Virus record (IMG/VR): IMGVR_UViG_3300043256_000236 | Location: 62,001 to 122,944 of that record | DNA: 60,944 bases | Direction: 5' to 3' (one strand) | Source of the DNA: an uncultured virus (IMG/VR IMGVR_UViG_3300043256_000236) | Lineage: Duplodnaviria; Heunggongvirae; Uroviricota; Caudoviricetes | Shown here: piece by piece, positions 17,842 through 27,813 of the stretch | How the letters are laid out: each line of letters starts with the position of its first letter | Position numbering within the stretch: the first letter of the stretch is position 1 | Position numbers and translations under genes: made by a program | The notes under the pieces: generated by a model | Database searches by the model: none | The model's input: only the letters and a program-made list of their open reading frames with translations | What the model was told of the DNA's origin: nothing

Positions 17842-20762
17842 TACATCACCACCATACTAATTTGTCCAGGATCTGCTTTCTTGAGAGAAGATGTTCTTTT
17901 CTCTTCAACTACATTAGCCTGTTGCACAAGTCCCATGAAATGCTCAACTAACATCTTGCGATCAAACGGTACTCGCCTATCTCCAACGGTCCGTGATCCA
18001 CTATTGAGAGCCTTAAGCCATTCACCGGAAAAATGAGTGTGTAACATTTCTGGGTGATTCCAAACCTTGCCTATAACCCAATTGATAAATTCACTATTGT
18101 TCATATTGTTGCTAGGAGGTGTCAAATTTGGATTATGAAGACGAGCTGTGGGGCATAGCCAGGTTTCTGTCTGATCCTGAATTTTGGTTTCACGGATAAC
18201 TTGTCCCCAGATAGCCGCTGTTCTTTCCCATCCCCTTCTTTTCATGGGTAATTCCTGTCCGTAAGTTGCAACTGGTTCTTCTATATACGCTCTGGTTTGT
18301 TGCATCTTCGTGTTTCTCGCATCTTCGCTAAGTTTGAGAAAACGATCCATTTTTCTGACAAAATCGTCATTACTAGGCAAAGCCCTTCTTTGTTCAGTTT
18401 CAATAATAGCTTCCCAAAAGAATTTATGTACTTCTATTGGAATAGAGGTAGGATTATCCAAATGGTCTTCCATAGCAGAGTATCTCACCGCCATAGTAGG
18501 TACGCCACAAGCCTGAGCCTCAGTTAAGGGCATACCCCAGCCCTCACACGTAGAATACTGCACGTACAAATCGAAAGACTTGATGATGTCTGCTAACACA
18601 TTCCGGGGGCACGAATGACTCGCATTAGGCGGATGCGCAGCTAATTTGCCACACTTACGACAAACCATGATTTCCCCAGAGAAAAACGATGGATAAGCAG
18701 TGTTGCACTCGCTACATAGATATGTCATTATGACCTTGTTGCCTATTTTGAAATCACGAATAGCTTTCGCTATGTCATAACCAACATCAGGGTAACTAGT
18801 ATGTAAGTAAAGAAACGTTTTCCTTGCCAACTCCGTATGTCCCTTGGATGTTGATCGATTAACCCACATGGCAAACGCTTCTATCAAGTCGTAGTACAAC
18901 TTTCGTTTTTGATTCCGCATTACGGTTCCGACAATAAGAGAATTAGGATCTATGCCAAGTTTTTGTTTGTGTTCTCTTTTATTGTCTGGTGGTTTGAATA
19001 CGTCTAGGTCTGCGCCAGGAGATGCTATAGTTATAAGATTAGTTCCTTTCCTACCGGTTTTTTTTAATAGCTGCATACCATACTTAGAGTACGTAAGAAT
19101 ACGATCGCACTGCTTGTATGAATCTAACCAAAGCTCTCTCTGCGGCTCCCCATCGATTGTTGGCATCCATATAAAAGAAAAATTATGACGCACAGAAGAA
19201 CGTAGTATAAACTCGTCCATCCACCAATCTCGAATACTGCAATTGTGAACACTGAACCCCGTTACATAGCTATTATCTTGATCTACTTCTAGGTTATAAA
19301 CTTGTCCATGATATTGTTCTGTTCGTATCCGCCGAATCGGAACAACTATGTAATCATCTTCGATCCATCCAATACCTCCTTTGTCTATCCATTTTGGATT
19401 AAGAGATTTTCTCGACAAAAGTTCTGACTGTTTGTTAATAAACTCATGTGCCAAACGGGCTGATTGACCATAACATTCTACATCGAACGACAACCTTTCT
19501 GTTTTGACCAATTTCGAAGGTTTATTGATCTTCCACATTATCGACGCCTTAACCCCTATTCTCGCAAACAGCATTCGTACTTGTCTTGCCAAGGTTTCAG
19601 AAACAGTGCTCAATGAAACCGTGTCAGGACCGTAATATCCATCGCCCTTAATTAACCCCTCTAGAAATGACTGGATTAATTCGATATCATTTGATTTCCA
19701 AATACAATCTGGTATTCTTTTATTGTGTGCGCCACAACCAACCATCTTCCCCATTAATTCTTTGATAAGAACAGAACAACATTTTACTGATTGACCATTT
19801 GACACTTTTGACTTCACCACGGAAGTAGACAGCCCAAATAAATCCTGTATTAGTGATTGTACGTCTTTGACATATTCGTTTTCCTTTATGGTAATGCCAA
19901 AATCGAGACTAATAGAATTACCAGAGTTTGAGCCTTCTGCGCAATAGTAGCCCAGTAGTCTAGCAAAACGTTTAGTTATATGGATGTACTTGGGTATGCC
20001 GTGGTCTTTTTTGTAATCCTGGTGCCCTGCTGGGTAAACCTTCGTGTCTATATTATCATAGATAAATTGATCAAAGTAACAGGTTGTATCTAAAACATTT
20101 GACCGCTCTTTTTCGGGACGATGAATGGGAATTAGAACATAATCACCGGAAGACAAGTTTCGTGCTTCCACGAACTTCGCGTCATCAACAGAATGTCTGT
20201 CTCTAACATCTCTTTGTTTCCAAGTTCGTTTCTTACTTTTAATCACTAGGATTGGATGTTCTGGTGTAAAAGTATAACATTGATTGTCATTGTGTGGATA
20301 AATCTTAACAACATCACCTATATGTTGCCGTCTCGTAATATCTAAAACTTTTCGAGCTTTCCCCGTATGGGAAATAACTAATTCACCTTTTTGAATATCC
20401 TCTATATTTTTTACACCACTTGGCGTTTCCACTTTCGTCCCAGGAGGAACACATACTATATCAGGCTTAAAATCGAGACATACATCATCAAATATTCCTT
20501 CGCCGAATTGATTGGTAGGATTAGCCTGATACTTTTGCATAGCCTGCTGGTCACTCCTTGGCGGCGCAACTGGATAGAACTTCCAAGGAACTTGACTACA
20601 CCGTTGATCGTCTGCGTGGGCGTAAGAACCCATTTCCGCAATTTCGAATTCGTTAGTTGCATGCAGTCTTTGAATAACTTCGTTCCAATAGGTACTAAAT
20701 CCAGTAGCGAGATAAGACGCCTCACCTGTAAACAAAACACGGCGTTTGCGATTAGATTCCAT
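17841..20762 (-). CDS. GT4-like glycosyltransferase with an intein and a Zn-ribbon insert
   Basis: TGFS N-terminus, VMRNQKRK, EGWGMPLTEAQACGVP; ATG at 20762 after RBS GAGGAG. Confidence 0.85.
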   Translation of the reverse strand: MESNRKRRVLFTGEASYLATGFSTYWNEVIQRLHATNEFEIAEMGSYAHADDQRCSQVPWKFYPVAPPRSDQQAMQKYQANPTNQFGEGIFDDVCLDFKPDIVCVPPGTKVETPSGVKNIEDIQKGELVISHTGKARKVLDITRRQHIGDVVKIYPHNDNQCYTFTPEHPILVIKSKKRTWKQRDVRDRHSVDDAKFVEARNLSSGDYVLIPIHRPEKERSNVLDTTCYFDQFIYDNIDTKVYPAGHQDYKKDHGIPKYIHITKRFARLLGYYCAEGSNSGNSISLDFGITIKENEYVKDVQSLIQDLFGLSTSVVKSKVSNGQSVKCCSVLIKELMGKMVGCGAHNKRIPDCIWKSNDIELIQSFLEGLIKGDGYYGPDTVSLSTVSETLARQVRMLFARIGVKASIMWKINKPSKLVKTERLSFDVECYGQSARLAHEFINKQSELLSRKSLNPKWIDKGGIGWIEDDYIVVPIRRIRTEQYHGQVYNLEVDQDNSYVTGFSVHNCSIRDWWMDEFILRSSVRHNFSFIWMPTIDGEPQRELWLDSYKQCDRILTYSKYGMQLLKKTGRKGTNLITIASPGADLDVFKPPDNKREHKQKLGIDPNSLIVGTVMRNQKRKLYYDLIEAFAMWVNRSTSKGHTELARKTFLYLHTSYPDVGYDIAKAIRDFKIGNKVIMTYLCSECNTAYPSFFSGEIMVCRKCGKLAAHPPNASHSCPRNVLADIIKSFDLYVQYSTCEGWGMPLTEAQACGVPTMAVRYSAMEDHLDNPTSIPIEVHKFFWEAIIETEQRRALPSNDDFVRKMDRFLKLSEDARNTKMQQTRAYIEEPVATYGQELPMKRRGWERTAAIWGQVIRETKIQDQTETWLCPTARLHNPNLTPPSNNMNNSEFINWVIGKVWNHPEMLHTHFSGEWLKALNSGSRTVGDRRVPFDRKMLVEHFMGLVQQANVVEEKRTSSLKKADPGQISMVVM
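19242..20453 (-). mobile_element. Intein (404 aa) with LAGLIDADG homing endonuclease
   Basis: Starts C-VPPGTKV; block B TPEHPI; LLGYYCAEG and FLEGLIKGDG; VYNLEV..SVHN end followed by +1 Cys. Confidence 0.9.
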
Positions 20763-21342
20763 AACCACTCCTCATGAGTTTGGGACGTAAATTCCTGGTT
20801 CGCAACCATCTCTGTTTTCTACTGAGACCTAGCTTGTTGATCTGTCCATCCATCTGTGACACAATCATATCCTTATCTTCTTTAGTCAAGTTAATAGACG
20901 ACAAAATATCTGATAGCACGGAAAACGGATCAATGGTATCAACAGGTTCTACAAATAAAGTTTGCCAAGACTGTGGGTGGAGCATAGATCTAAGGACTTC
21001 TAGTTTAAGCCCTGTTATCTGTAGTTGTTCACAGATCTCGTGGTCATTCTTGCCTAAACCAGAAAGCATTTCAACCTGATGAATCTGTCTCTTTACTCTG
21101 CATGGTGCAGAGACCACGCACATCGCCCCCAAAGCAGTGTCTCTCATCGCACGAGCTATAGATACTATCGCATAGGCAGTGAAGTTATTCTTATTATGTC
21201 CCCCAGCTTTAATCTCTGCTAATTTGAGATGTCCAGCTTGTATATAATCTTCTGCATCCGCGCAACTATTGTTATAGGCAGCATCTATTTTTATAGCGAA
21301 ATAAGATATAAACTTTTCTAGTGTCTGTTCTGCTTCCTGCAT
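20752..21342 (-). CDS. Sigma-70-family factor (regions 2 and 3, degenerate region 4)
   Basis: AEDYIQAGHLKL..FTAYAIVSIARAM..VSAPCRV..EICEQLQIT. Confidence 0.7.
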   Translation of the reverse strand: MQEAEQTLEKFISYFAIKIDAAYNNSCADAEDYIQAGHLKLAEIKAGGHNKNNFTAYAIVSIARAMRDTALGAMCVVSAPCRVKRQIHQVEMLSGLGKNDHEICEQLQITGLKLEVLRSMLHPQSWQTLFVEPVDTIDPFSVLSDILSSINLTKEDKDMIVSQMDGQINKLGLSRKQRWLRTRNLRPKLMRSGYGI

Positions 21343-21770
21343 TAGAATGGGACACTGGGATCGTTAGTGGGAGCCTGAGCACTTGGTTCAGCTACTTTGG
21401 TCGCCTGTGCTGGTTGTGCTTCATCGCTGTTTTTAGCGGTCTTCACACACAACTGAAAATCACGGACATTCAAAGAATAGGCGACCCTCTTTTGACCACT
21501 ATCCTTGTCTTCCCAGCTATCTTGTTTAATATATCCATTGACGTAAATAGGCTGGCCCTTCTTGACTAGTTCAGACATCCTGGTTGCCTTAGCACTCCAT
21601 ACCTGCGCCCTCATAAAACAGGGTTCGTTCTGCCACTGATCATTATTATCCTTATAACTACGATTAAAAGCCAGGTTGACAGTACAAACGGGCGTTTTCT
21701 TCTGTCCAACGAACTTTAGCTCCGGATCTGCAGTTGCAACACCAACACCATTAAAACTTAACTCTGCCAT
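21342..21770 (-). CDS. ssb: Single-stranded DNA-binding protein
   Basis: DPELKF..LAFNR..W..KKGQPIYVNGYIKQDSWEDK..; tail ending VPF. Confidence 0.92.
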   Translation of the reverse strand: MAELSFNGVGVATADPELKFVGQKKTPVCTVNLAFNRSYKDNNDQWQNEPCFMRAQVWSAKATRMSELVKKGQPIYVNGYIKQDSWEDKDSGQKRVAYSLNVRDFQLCVKTAKNSDEAQPAQATKVAEPSAQAPTNDPSVPF

Positions 21771-21812
21771 TACACATACCCTTCCAATAAATACATTAGT
21801 TAGTCCTCCTTG

Positions 21813-21840
21813 TTATACGTCCAAAGAGGTATTCTGTTGC
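21813..21840 (-). promoter_or_regulatory. ECF-like promoter GCAAC-N16-CGTATAA
   Basis: Intergenic, upstream of ssb; one of four copies with identical spacing. Confidence 0.7.
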
Positions 21841-21846
21841 ACAAAA

Positions 21847-23715
21847 TTATAATAATTTTTGTATATTCTTAACAATAAAGCTGCCCTTTCTTTTATCCCC
21901 GTAAACAAGACAGATAACATCATCTTTACATAATCCCCTAAGCTTGGAAAATACGTCGGGGAAGACTACCGCGTGATCCACTGAATACGTAGAATCTGAC
22001 ATAGTCAAGAAACACATTGGCTTACCGGGATTCTTACCTCTTTTTGTTTTAGTATGTTTCACACTATCTATTATGACACACACAACAATATCATCCTGAT
22101 TAGTAGCCTTAGCTATATCTAGGCAGGTATGTGTGGCAAGTGTTTGGTCTGCATCGTCGGCCTGAGAACAAGAAAGGGCGATTCCAAGAAAATACTTCTC
22201 CGCAGTAGCATTAGCCATGTTTGTATCCTTCAGTGGACTTTCTGTCATGGCGGCTTTCCTGGCCATCATTGTCCGTCTAGCATCACTGGCACACGGTGGT
22301 TTGACGACAATATCTCGATATCCATTGTCTAGCATTAGTTTTTCTAATTTCTTCTTAGTCCGTCCCCCTAGTTCGGACAACCACGACACTTTCTCTTCAC
22401 TTGAAGTATATACAAATTTACTGTCCCCATCTGTGATTCCGTCAAAAGCAACATCGGCTTGGTCCAAGTATTCCTGTGTAGCTTTTACCAATTCACCCTT
22501 GGTCATTTGCTTGATAGTTTTTGTTTTGCATCCAGCAGGCTGGGACATTTGTAGTAATATTTCCTGTGTAGTCATCTCACCAAGTTCCAGTTGATTGAAA
22601 AAATAAACTTTCTCTTTACCGGTTAGACCCTTTACTTCTACTTTTTTGCCAGATTCGTCATGAACAGAAGTCCCCAGTATTACTTCAAGTTCTCTGACCA
22701 TCTCACTACGCTCCATACCGTAGCAATCGCACGCACCTGACTTAATTAAAGCTATTCCAACATTTCTGTGAAAATCAGGGACAGAGGCCAAAAAGCCACC
22801 CCAAGTTCCCAAACATGGACTAGATACTTTTAAAGGGTCCATTCCTGGCGTTTCTGTGGCCGCTGAGACGATCTTCTTGATAGCCGAGGCACCAACACCC
22901 CTAATATGCGCCAGGCCAAAAGCTATGCCATTCTTTGTTTTTTCTGCCATCGTAAAATGTGTGTTTCCACTTCTGATGTCAGGAGGTAGAATTTCAACAC
23001 CGAATAACCTGGCATCCTGTACTAATTTGTAAATCTCCTCCTTAGGATCACCCTTATAACTAGAATATGTAAGGTAACTTGTGAAGAACTCTCTAGGAAA
23101 GTGGCACTTTATCCAAGCAGTTTGGTATGCAATCAGACCATAACTTACAGCATGGCTTTTATTAAAACTGTAGCGTTGACATTTTTCAATCCAACCAAAG
23201 ATTTCTTCAGCTACTTCTAAGTCAATCTTGCCATATTCTTGGGCACCTTTGATAAATTTAGACTTTACTTTAGCCATAAGCTTAGAATCCTTTTTACCTA
23301 TAGCTTTTCTCAGCGTATCGGCACTTTCGGGACTAAGACCAGCCAAGTCGGTAGCTATTCTCAGCGCTTGCTCCTGATACACCATCTGGGCGTGAGTAGA
23401 TTCTAATATCGGTTTTAAGGCGGGATGTAGATAAGTTATTTTTTTCTTTCCAAACTTAACGTCGACATAGGCTTGACTGAGCCCACTTTCAAGTGGACCT
23501 GGACGTAAAATACTCACTAACGCAGCCAATTCTTCTATACTATCGGGCTTTAATTTCTTTGACCAATCTTGACCAAGATTTTTTTCAAGCTGGAAGACTC
23601 CAACAGTATTACCACTAGCCAGAAGCCTCCATACGGCAGGGCAATCCAAGTTGATGTTGTTGATATCGAACTTACCCCTGTCTACGCGACATTTACAATT
23701 AGCGAACTCTATCAT
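21847..23715 (-). CDS. dnaE: DNA polymerase III alpha, C-terminal half (fingers, HhH, OB)
   Basis: GNTVGVFQLE, LRPGP, MVYQEQ, LRKAIGKK, YSFNKSHA, LPPDI, GLAHIRGVG, EKYFLG, OB fold. Confidence 0.92.
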   Translation of the reverse strand: MIEFANCKCRVDRGKFDINNINLDCPAVWRLLASGNTVGVFQLEKNLGQDWSKKLKPDSIEELAALVSILRPGPLESGLSQAYVDVKFGKKKITYLHPALKPILESTHAQMVYQEQALRIATDLAGLSPESADTLRKAIGKKDSKLMAKVKSKFIKGAQEYGKIDLEVAEEIFGWIEKCQRYSFNKSHAVSYGLIAYQTAWIKCHFPREFFTSYLTYSSYKGDPKEEIYKLVQDARLFGVEILPPDIRSGNTHFTMAEKTKNGIAFGLAHIRGVGASAIKKIVSAATETPGMDPLKVSSPCLGTWGGFLASVPDFHRNVGIALIKSGACDCYGMERSEMVRELEVILGTSVHDESGKKVEVKGLTGKEKVYFFNQLELGEMTTQEILLQMSQPAGCKTKTIKQMTKGELVKATQEYLDQADVAFDGITDGDSKFVYTSSEEKVSWLSELGGRTKKKLEKLMLDNGYRDIVVKPPCASDARRTMMARKAAMTESPLKDTNMANATAEKYFLGIALSCSQADDADQTLATHTCLDIAKATNQDDIVVCVIIDSVKHTKTKRGKNPGKPMCFLTMSDSTYSVDHAVVFPDVFSKLRGLCKDDVICLVYGDKRKGSFIVKNIQKLL

Positions 23716-23721
23716 ACTACA

Positions 23722-23749
23722 TTATACCTCTAACTAAACGATTTGTTCC
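23722..23749 (-). promoter_or_regulatory. ECF-like promoter GGAAC-N16-GGTATAA
   Basis: Intergenic, immediately upstream of the dnaE C-half. Confidence 0.7.
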
Positions 23750-23755
23750 ATGTTT

Positions 23756-24688
23756 TTACAATATAATATCAACAGAAAAAAATTGTCCCTTTATATCTTG
23801 CCATATATTATGAGACAATCCTCCGTCAGATTGTATTGCATAGTAATTATTATGTAACTCGTATCCGGCTGATGCTATTTTATTAGTTTGTGCATCATTA
23901 TGGATAGCTTGTTCGCACACATCAAGTAGGTCTGATAAATCTTGCTTGACAGACAAGTAATGCACATCTGGTTCCATACAGTTAAGCCATCGAACATCTT
24001 GTAGACAACATGACACCACAGCAGAACCGACACCAAGGGTCTCGAACATACGATAGGTTAACGGACTATTGCCCGGCATACATAGCGATAGCAGTGATTG
24101 ATTTATGGTTCTGAGATAGAAGCTCCTTGGACGATGACCAATTTCTACACCGCTAATATCTCTCGGTTCAGTCCCACCCTCTTGCCCAACAATACCACCA
24201 ACGAACCACGGTTGACTTTTCAGGATTTCGCACGCACGGATTCTTAGGTTGTCTTTTGTACTCTGTGCTCCTGTTGGCAATCCAAAGAAACACGCCTTGG
24301 GCTTCTTTGTCGATGGTTTAGGTAAACCACCAATCAGAAATGGATGTACCGTTATCATCTTATCCAGTATCCGTGGATCATAGATGGCAAGGTTATTATC
24401 CCACTGTATTTTTGCGAAAGCAGATACTTTATCGATTAATTCATCTGGCAGACCGTCGAGTTTGAATACATTCAAGTCTCCTAAAGATACAAGAACTATT
24501 TGACCACGAAAAGCCAATATTTCATCGACGATAAACTGGTCCAGAGCGTGAGGCCATATGCAGTCCACAAACCATATATCTGCGTCATTCCTGTTAGTTA
24601 GCGTATGTCCATATCTTTGGAGGGTTTGCAGTAAAGCGTACATTCTTGGTGGTGTAGCCTTGTGGATTGCAAGTGTGCGTATCTTCAT
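23756..24688 (-). CDS. Glycosyltransferase, GT90/CAP10-like C-terminus
   Basis: KACFFGLPTG..LCMPGN..RMFETL..GSAVV..EPDVHYLSVKQDLSDL..KIASAG. Confidence 0.6.
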   Translation of the reverse strand: MKIRTLAIHKATPPRMYALLQTLQRYGHTLTNRNDADIWFVDCIWPHALDQFIVDEILAFRGQIVLVSLGDLNVFKLDGLPDELIDKVSAFAKIQWDNNLAIYDPRILDKMITVHPFLIGGLPKPSTKKPKACFFGLPTGAQSTKDNLRIRACEILKSQPWFVGGIVGQEGGTEPRDISGVEIGHRPRSFYLRTINQSLLSLCMPGNSPLTYRMFETLGVGSAVVSCCLQDVRWLNCMEPDVHYLSVKQDLSDLLDVCEQAIHNDAQTNKIASAGYELHNNYYAIQSDGGLSHNIWQDIKGQFFSVDIIL

Positions 24689-24703
24689 TATCTTATCCCC
24701 TAA

Positions 24704-25390
24704 TTATTCGAATGTGTATCCAAATCTATTAACAATGTATTTATCCATTTTCTCAACCGATTGTCTAAGCTTGGCGTCATAATACTCTTGATACCTGCCA
24801 TGTTTAGAAGTATTCACCTTCGCCATTGTTGCTAGAGTGTTTTTCTGTTGTTCTGTTATTCCAACAGTGGTATCTGCCAGGAAATTAGTTAGGTCTTCTC
24901 TAAGGTTTTCGGTACGGCACAAATGAATATTAAATACCATATCATCTGTTATGGACTTGGTTTTCAATGCTTTGAATACCACAGCTTGATTACGACAATA
25001 ACTTTGTATATAATAGTATGTGTAAATTCCTATCCCAAGCCTATTGATTAATCCAAAATCTATGTTATGGACTTTGGTATTCAAATTGGCAATCTTACTC
25101 ATGAATTCAACAAAGTTTGTTTGTTTGCCATTGGGATGTAATACTTTAAAAGGCCCTTTTAAAGCTTCTGTTCTCTGAGTACTAGCATACCAGGATACAT
25201 ACCAATCCCACGGATTACGGATTGTGCCCAGTATAGGTTTCTGTCTATATCTCTTTGGGATATCACATGCTTTGTCATGAACTATTCCATTGTATTTGGC
25301 GTTCGGTATGTTGTTAGTCAGATATTCTCGAATAAATGATCCTCCAGTTTTTTGAAGATGTATACAAATAAAATGTGGTGTGACAATCAT
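24704..25390 (-). CDS. Sulfotransferase family protein
   Basis: FICIHLQKTGGSFI (5'-PSB loop), IRNPWDWYVSWY (3'-PB), ENL, VNTS, YY, D..FGY.F. Confidence 0.8.
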   Translation of the reverse strand: MIVTPHFICIHLQKTGGSFIREYLTNNIPNAKYNGIVHDKACDIPKRYRQKPILGTIRNPWDWYVSWYASTQRTEALKGPFKVLHPNGKQTNFVEFMSKIANLNTKVHNIDFGLINRLGIGIYTYYYIQSYCRNQAVVFKALKTKSITDDMVFNIHLCRTENLREDLTNFLADTTVGITEQQKNTLATMAKVNTSKHGRYQEYYDAKLRQSVEKMDKYIVNRFGYTFE

Positions 25391-26292
25391 TTGCAAATTC
25401 CTTGTACTTGATTCAGAAGCTCTACCACGCGATCACTATAAGTGGGACATCTATCAAAACCGCACTTACGTATTTTTTCCCTCTCATCATCGTGGTCGCA
25501 ATAATAATCTATTGTTGTTTTCAGTGAGTTCATGTCGTGTCGCGGGAATACGACCAACTCTTCCCCAATTACAAATTCCTGCTCCATACCAACTGTTGCT
25601 GGATGTAACAAGAATCCACCGCGACCACGTTGTTCGTATAGACGATTACTCCAATAATAATTGCCAGGTAACGAATCACCAACTACAACCTTTGTCGACC
25701 TTAGTAATTTATTTAGCTCTAACCCACGAATTTGGTCGCACGGGTTTTCAGATGCGCCAAAGACCTTGAATTTCTTCCCATAAGTGTCTTGCAGGAAGTT
25801 TACTAATTTCTTGCGATACTCGTTGTACACACTGCCGACAAAGATAATATCACAATCAACAGCGATAGGGTCTACCCATACACGATCGGGAGCGTGAAGG
25901 CCTTGTCGTAAGGTGATGTGGTCAACTCCAAACTGAGCCTTCCACTGATCGTCGCACCCACCATCAGTTGTGCAAACTAGGTCTGACAAATATAGTTTGC
26001 GTTTTCTTATTATGGTTTGTGCCCTGTCGAGGTAGAAGAGTCTGTCGAAACTCCAGTGTACCACCAGAATATTCTGTTGATTTAACCACGGCAGTAGTAT
26101 TCCAAAATAGTCAGCCCCTTTGCCACACAACACGAAGTCTGGTTTGTTGCTGGTGATTATCTGCTTAATCTTAGTCAGGGCTGTTTCTAGAGGCACTTTG
26201 GTCACATTGATCCCTAGTTCGTTGAATGCCGTTGTTATGTAGTTGCCGCTAGAGAAGAAGTGGTCAAACTTATCGATATATATAATGTTCAC
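25387..26292 (-). CDS. CgeB-like GT-B glycosyltransferase
   Basis: DIIFVGS.Y..R..YWSNRLYEQRGRGGFLLHP..REKIRKCG..TYSDRV; GTG start after GGAGGT. Confidence 0.7.
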   Translation of the reverse strand: MNIIYIDKFDHFFSSGNYITTAFNELGINVTKVPLETALTKIKQIITSNKPDFVLCGKGADYFGILLPWLNQQNILVVHWSFDRLFYLDRAQTIIRKRKLYLSDLVCTTDGGCDDQWKAQFGVDHITLRQGLHAPDRVWVDPIAVDCDIIFVGSVYNEYRKKLVNFLQDTYGKKFKVFGASENPCDQIRGLELNKLLRSTKVVVGDSLPGNYYWSNRLYEQRGRGGFLLHPATVGMEQEFVIGEELVVFPRHDMNSLKTTIDYYCDHDDEREKIRKCGFDRCPTYSDRVVELLNQVQGICK

Positions 26293-26331
26293 AATAACAT
26301 ACCTCCACAAAACTGTCCTGTGCAATTCTAA

Positions 26332-27060
26332 TTAAGCAGGCTTCTTCCACAATGCACGGACGTATCTCTGCCCCTTGTCTCCACTGAGTTTCCACTTAGC
26401 TACTTCTTCCATACCACATCTCTCGCGCAGTATGTCCAGTGCTTTGTATTCGAATTCTGTCATATGTCCCGCTGGGCTGAAGCGTATCAACTCGGAAGCG
26501 TTCTTAATTGGAACTTCGATATGGATATGGCCATTCGGCTTCAGCATCTTTACAGCTTTGTCCATTGATTCAAGGGGGTTAATAACATGCTCAAGTGTGT
26601 TCCAGAACACTACCAAATCGAATTTATTATCAACTGCAAATGGGTCATCTTCCACAAAACCATGAAAAATATCTAAGCCATAATTATGTCTTGCCCATGC
26701 AATGGCTTGCCAACTTAATTCGTTACCGTATACTTTCCATCCCTTTGATTGGGCAATGTGCATTACAAAACCTGCTGCTGCTCCTACATCATAAAGTTTA
26801 CCTACAGTAACGTGTGGTTTAATGAGATCCAATTGTTCAGAAGCCTGGGTAAGACGCTTCTTCCTGGTTTCTGAATTGGTACAAGCAGTAAGCATCATAT
26901 TTGCTAACGACTGCTTCAAAGCAGCCTTGGACGGCACTTCAGTATTCCAATGCACCTGGCACATTTTACATGCAAAAAATTTATCAACCACCGGACCAGA
27001 CAATTTACTTCCGCAAAATCTACATTTCATAATTTTTGTATGACTAATCACTTTATCCAT
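26332..27060 (-). CDS. Class I SAM methyltransferase with N-terminal Zn ribbon
   Basis: CRFC..CKMC; LYDVGAAAG..GNE..FDLVVFWNTLEHV..LKPNG..IEVP; true start may be 27030. Confidence 0.8.
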   Translation of the reverse strand: MDKVISHTKIMKCRFCGSKLSGPVVDKFFACKMCQVHWNTEVPSKAALKQSLANMMLTACTNSETRKKRLTQASEQLDLIKPHVTVGKLYDVGAAAGFVMHIAQSKGWKVYGNELSWQAIAWARHNYGLDIFHGFVEDDPFAVDNKFDLVVFWNTLEHVINPLESMDKAVKMLKPNGHIHIEVPIKNASELIRFSPAGHMTEFEYKALDILRERCGMEEVAKWKLSGDKGQRYVRALWKKPA

Positions 27061-27809
27061 CTCCCAGCTTCACGAATTTTCCTAACCAAACTCTGGTCTT
27101 TTGGCCATACTTTTCTGTCTGGCCTACCGTAATTGATTACATCAATTATTACACCCATAGCGTCACAAGCATGGACAAAAACCGACGAAGATAAAACTCT
27201 ATACCTAGCCTCACGGGCTAAAACAAAAGAAAAATTGATGTCTGGATCAGCGCAGTAGTGGTTGCCACCAAGCCCTGTATCTATAACTGGTAAATCTGGT
27301 AAGTGTTTTTTGATCCAATCTGCGCAATCCCAATCGTGTGTGGTATGGAATTCTATTTGTGTATGTCTGTATATGTACCCGTTTGGGTAGCAAGACGAAA
27401 CAAGGTCCATGGCTCTTGCTTCGGTATCCGGGGGAATAAAAACTTCAAGTTGATTGTCGTCAGGTGTAATACCGCATTCCTTCCAGTTGGTCGCAATTTT
27501 ACATCCTTTTATGATTGATTCGTGCAAACAACTTATGGACATATCATAATGTTTGGATAGTCGCTCGAATTGTAGAATATTCAATTCCTTTTGACACTCG
27601 AATCCTAAATCGGATCTCCACGGGTTGTCAATATTTACAAAACCTTTTACATATGGACATTCTCTCAATAGGCCAGAATTGAAAACTTCAGGTCTACACA
27701 TCAAATCAATAGTATGTCCTTGTTTATAAAGATGTCTCAAAATTGGTGTCAATAAGACAACATCCCCCAATCCGTGCCAGTATAGAATGATTACTTTCTT
27801 ATTTTTCAT
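27048..27809 (-). CDS. GT9 (heptosyltransferase)-like glycosyltransferase
   Basis: HGLGDVVLLTPILRHL N-terminal GT9 motif; SSVFVHACDAMG. Confidence 0.65.
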   Translation of the reverse strand: MKNKKVIILYWHGLGDVVLLTPILRHLYKQGHTIDLMCRPEVFNSGLLRECPYVKGFVNIDNPWRSDLGFECQKELNILQFERLSKHYDMSISCLHESIIKGCKIATNWKECGITPDDNQLEVFIPPDTEARAMDLVSSCYPNGYIYRHTQIEFHTTHDWDCADWIKKHLPDLPVIDTGLGGNHYCADPDINFSFVLAREARYRVLSSSVFVHACDAMGVIIDVINYGRPDRKVWPKDQSLVRKIREAGRWIK

Positions 27810-27813
27810 ATAT

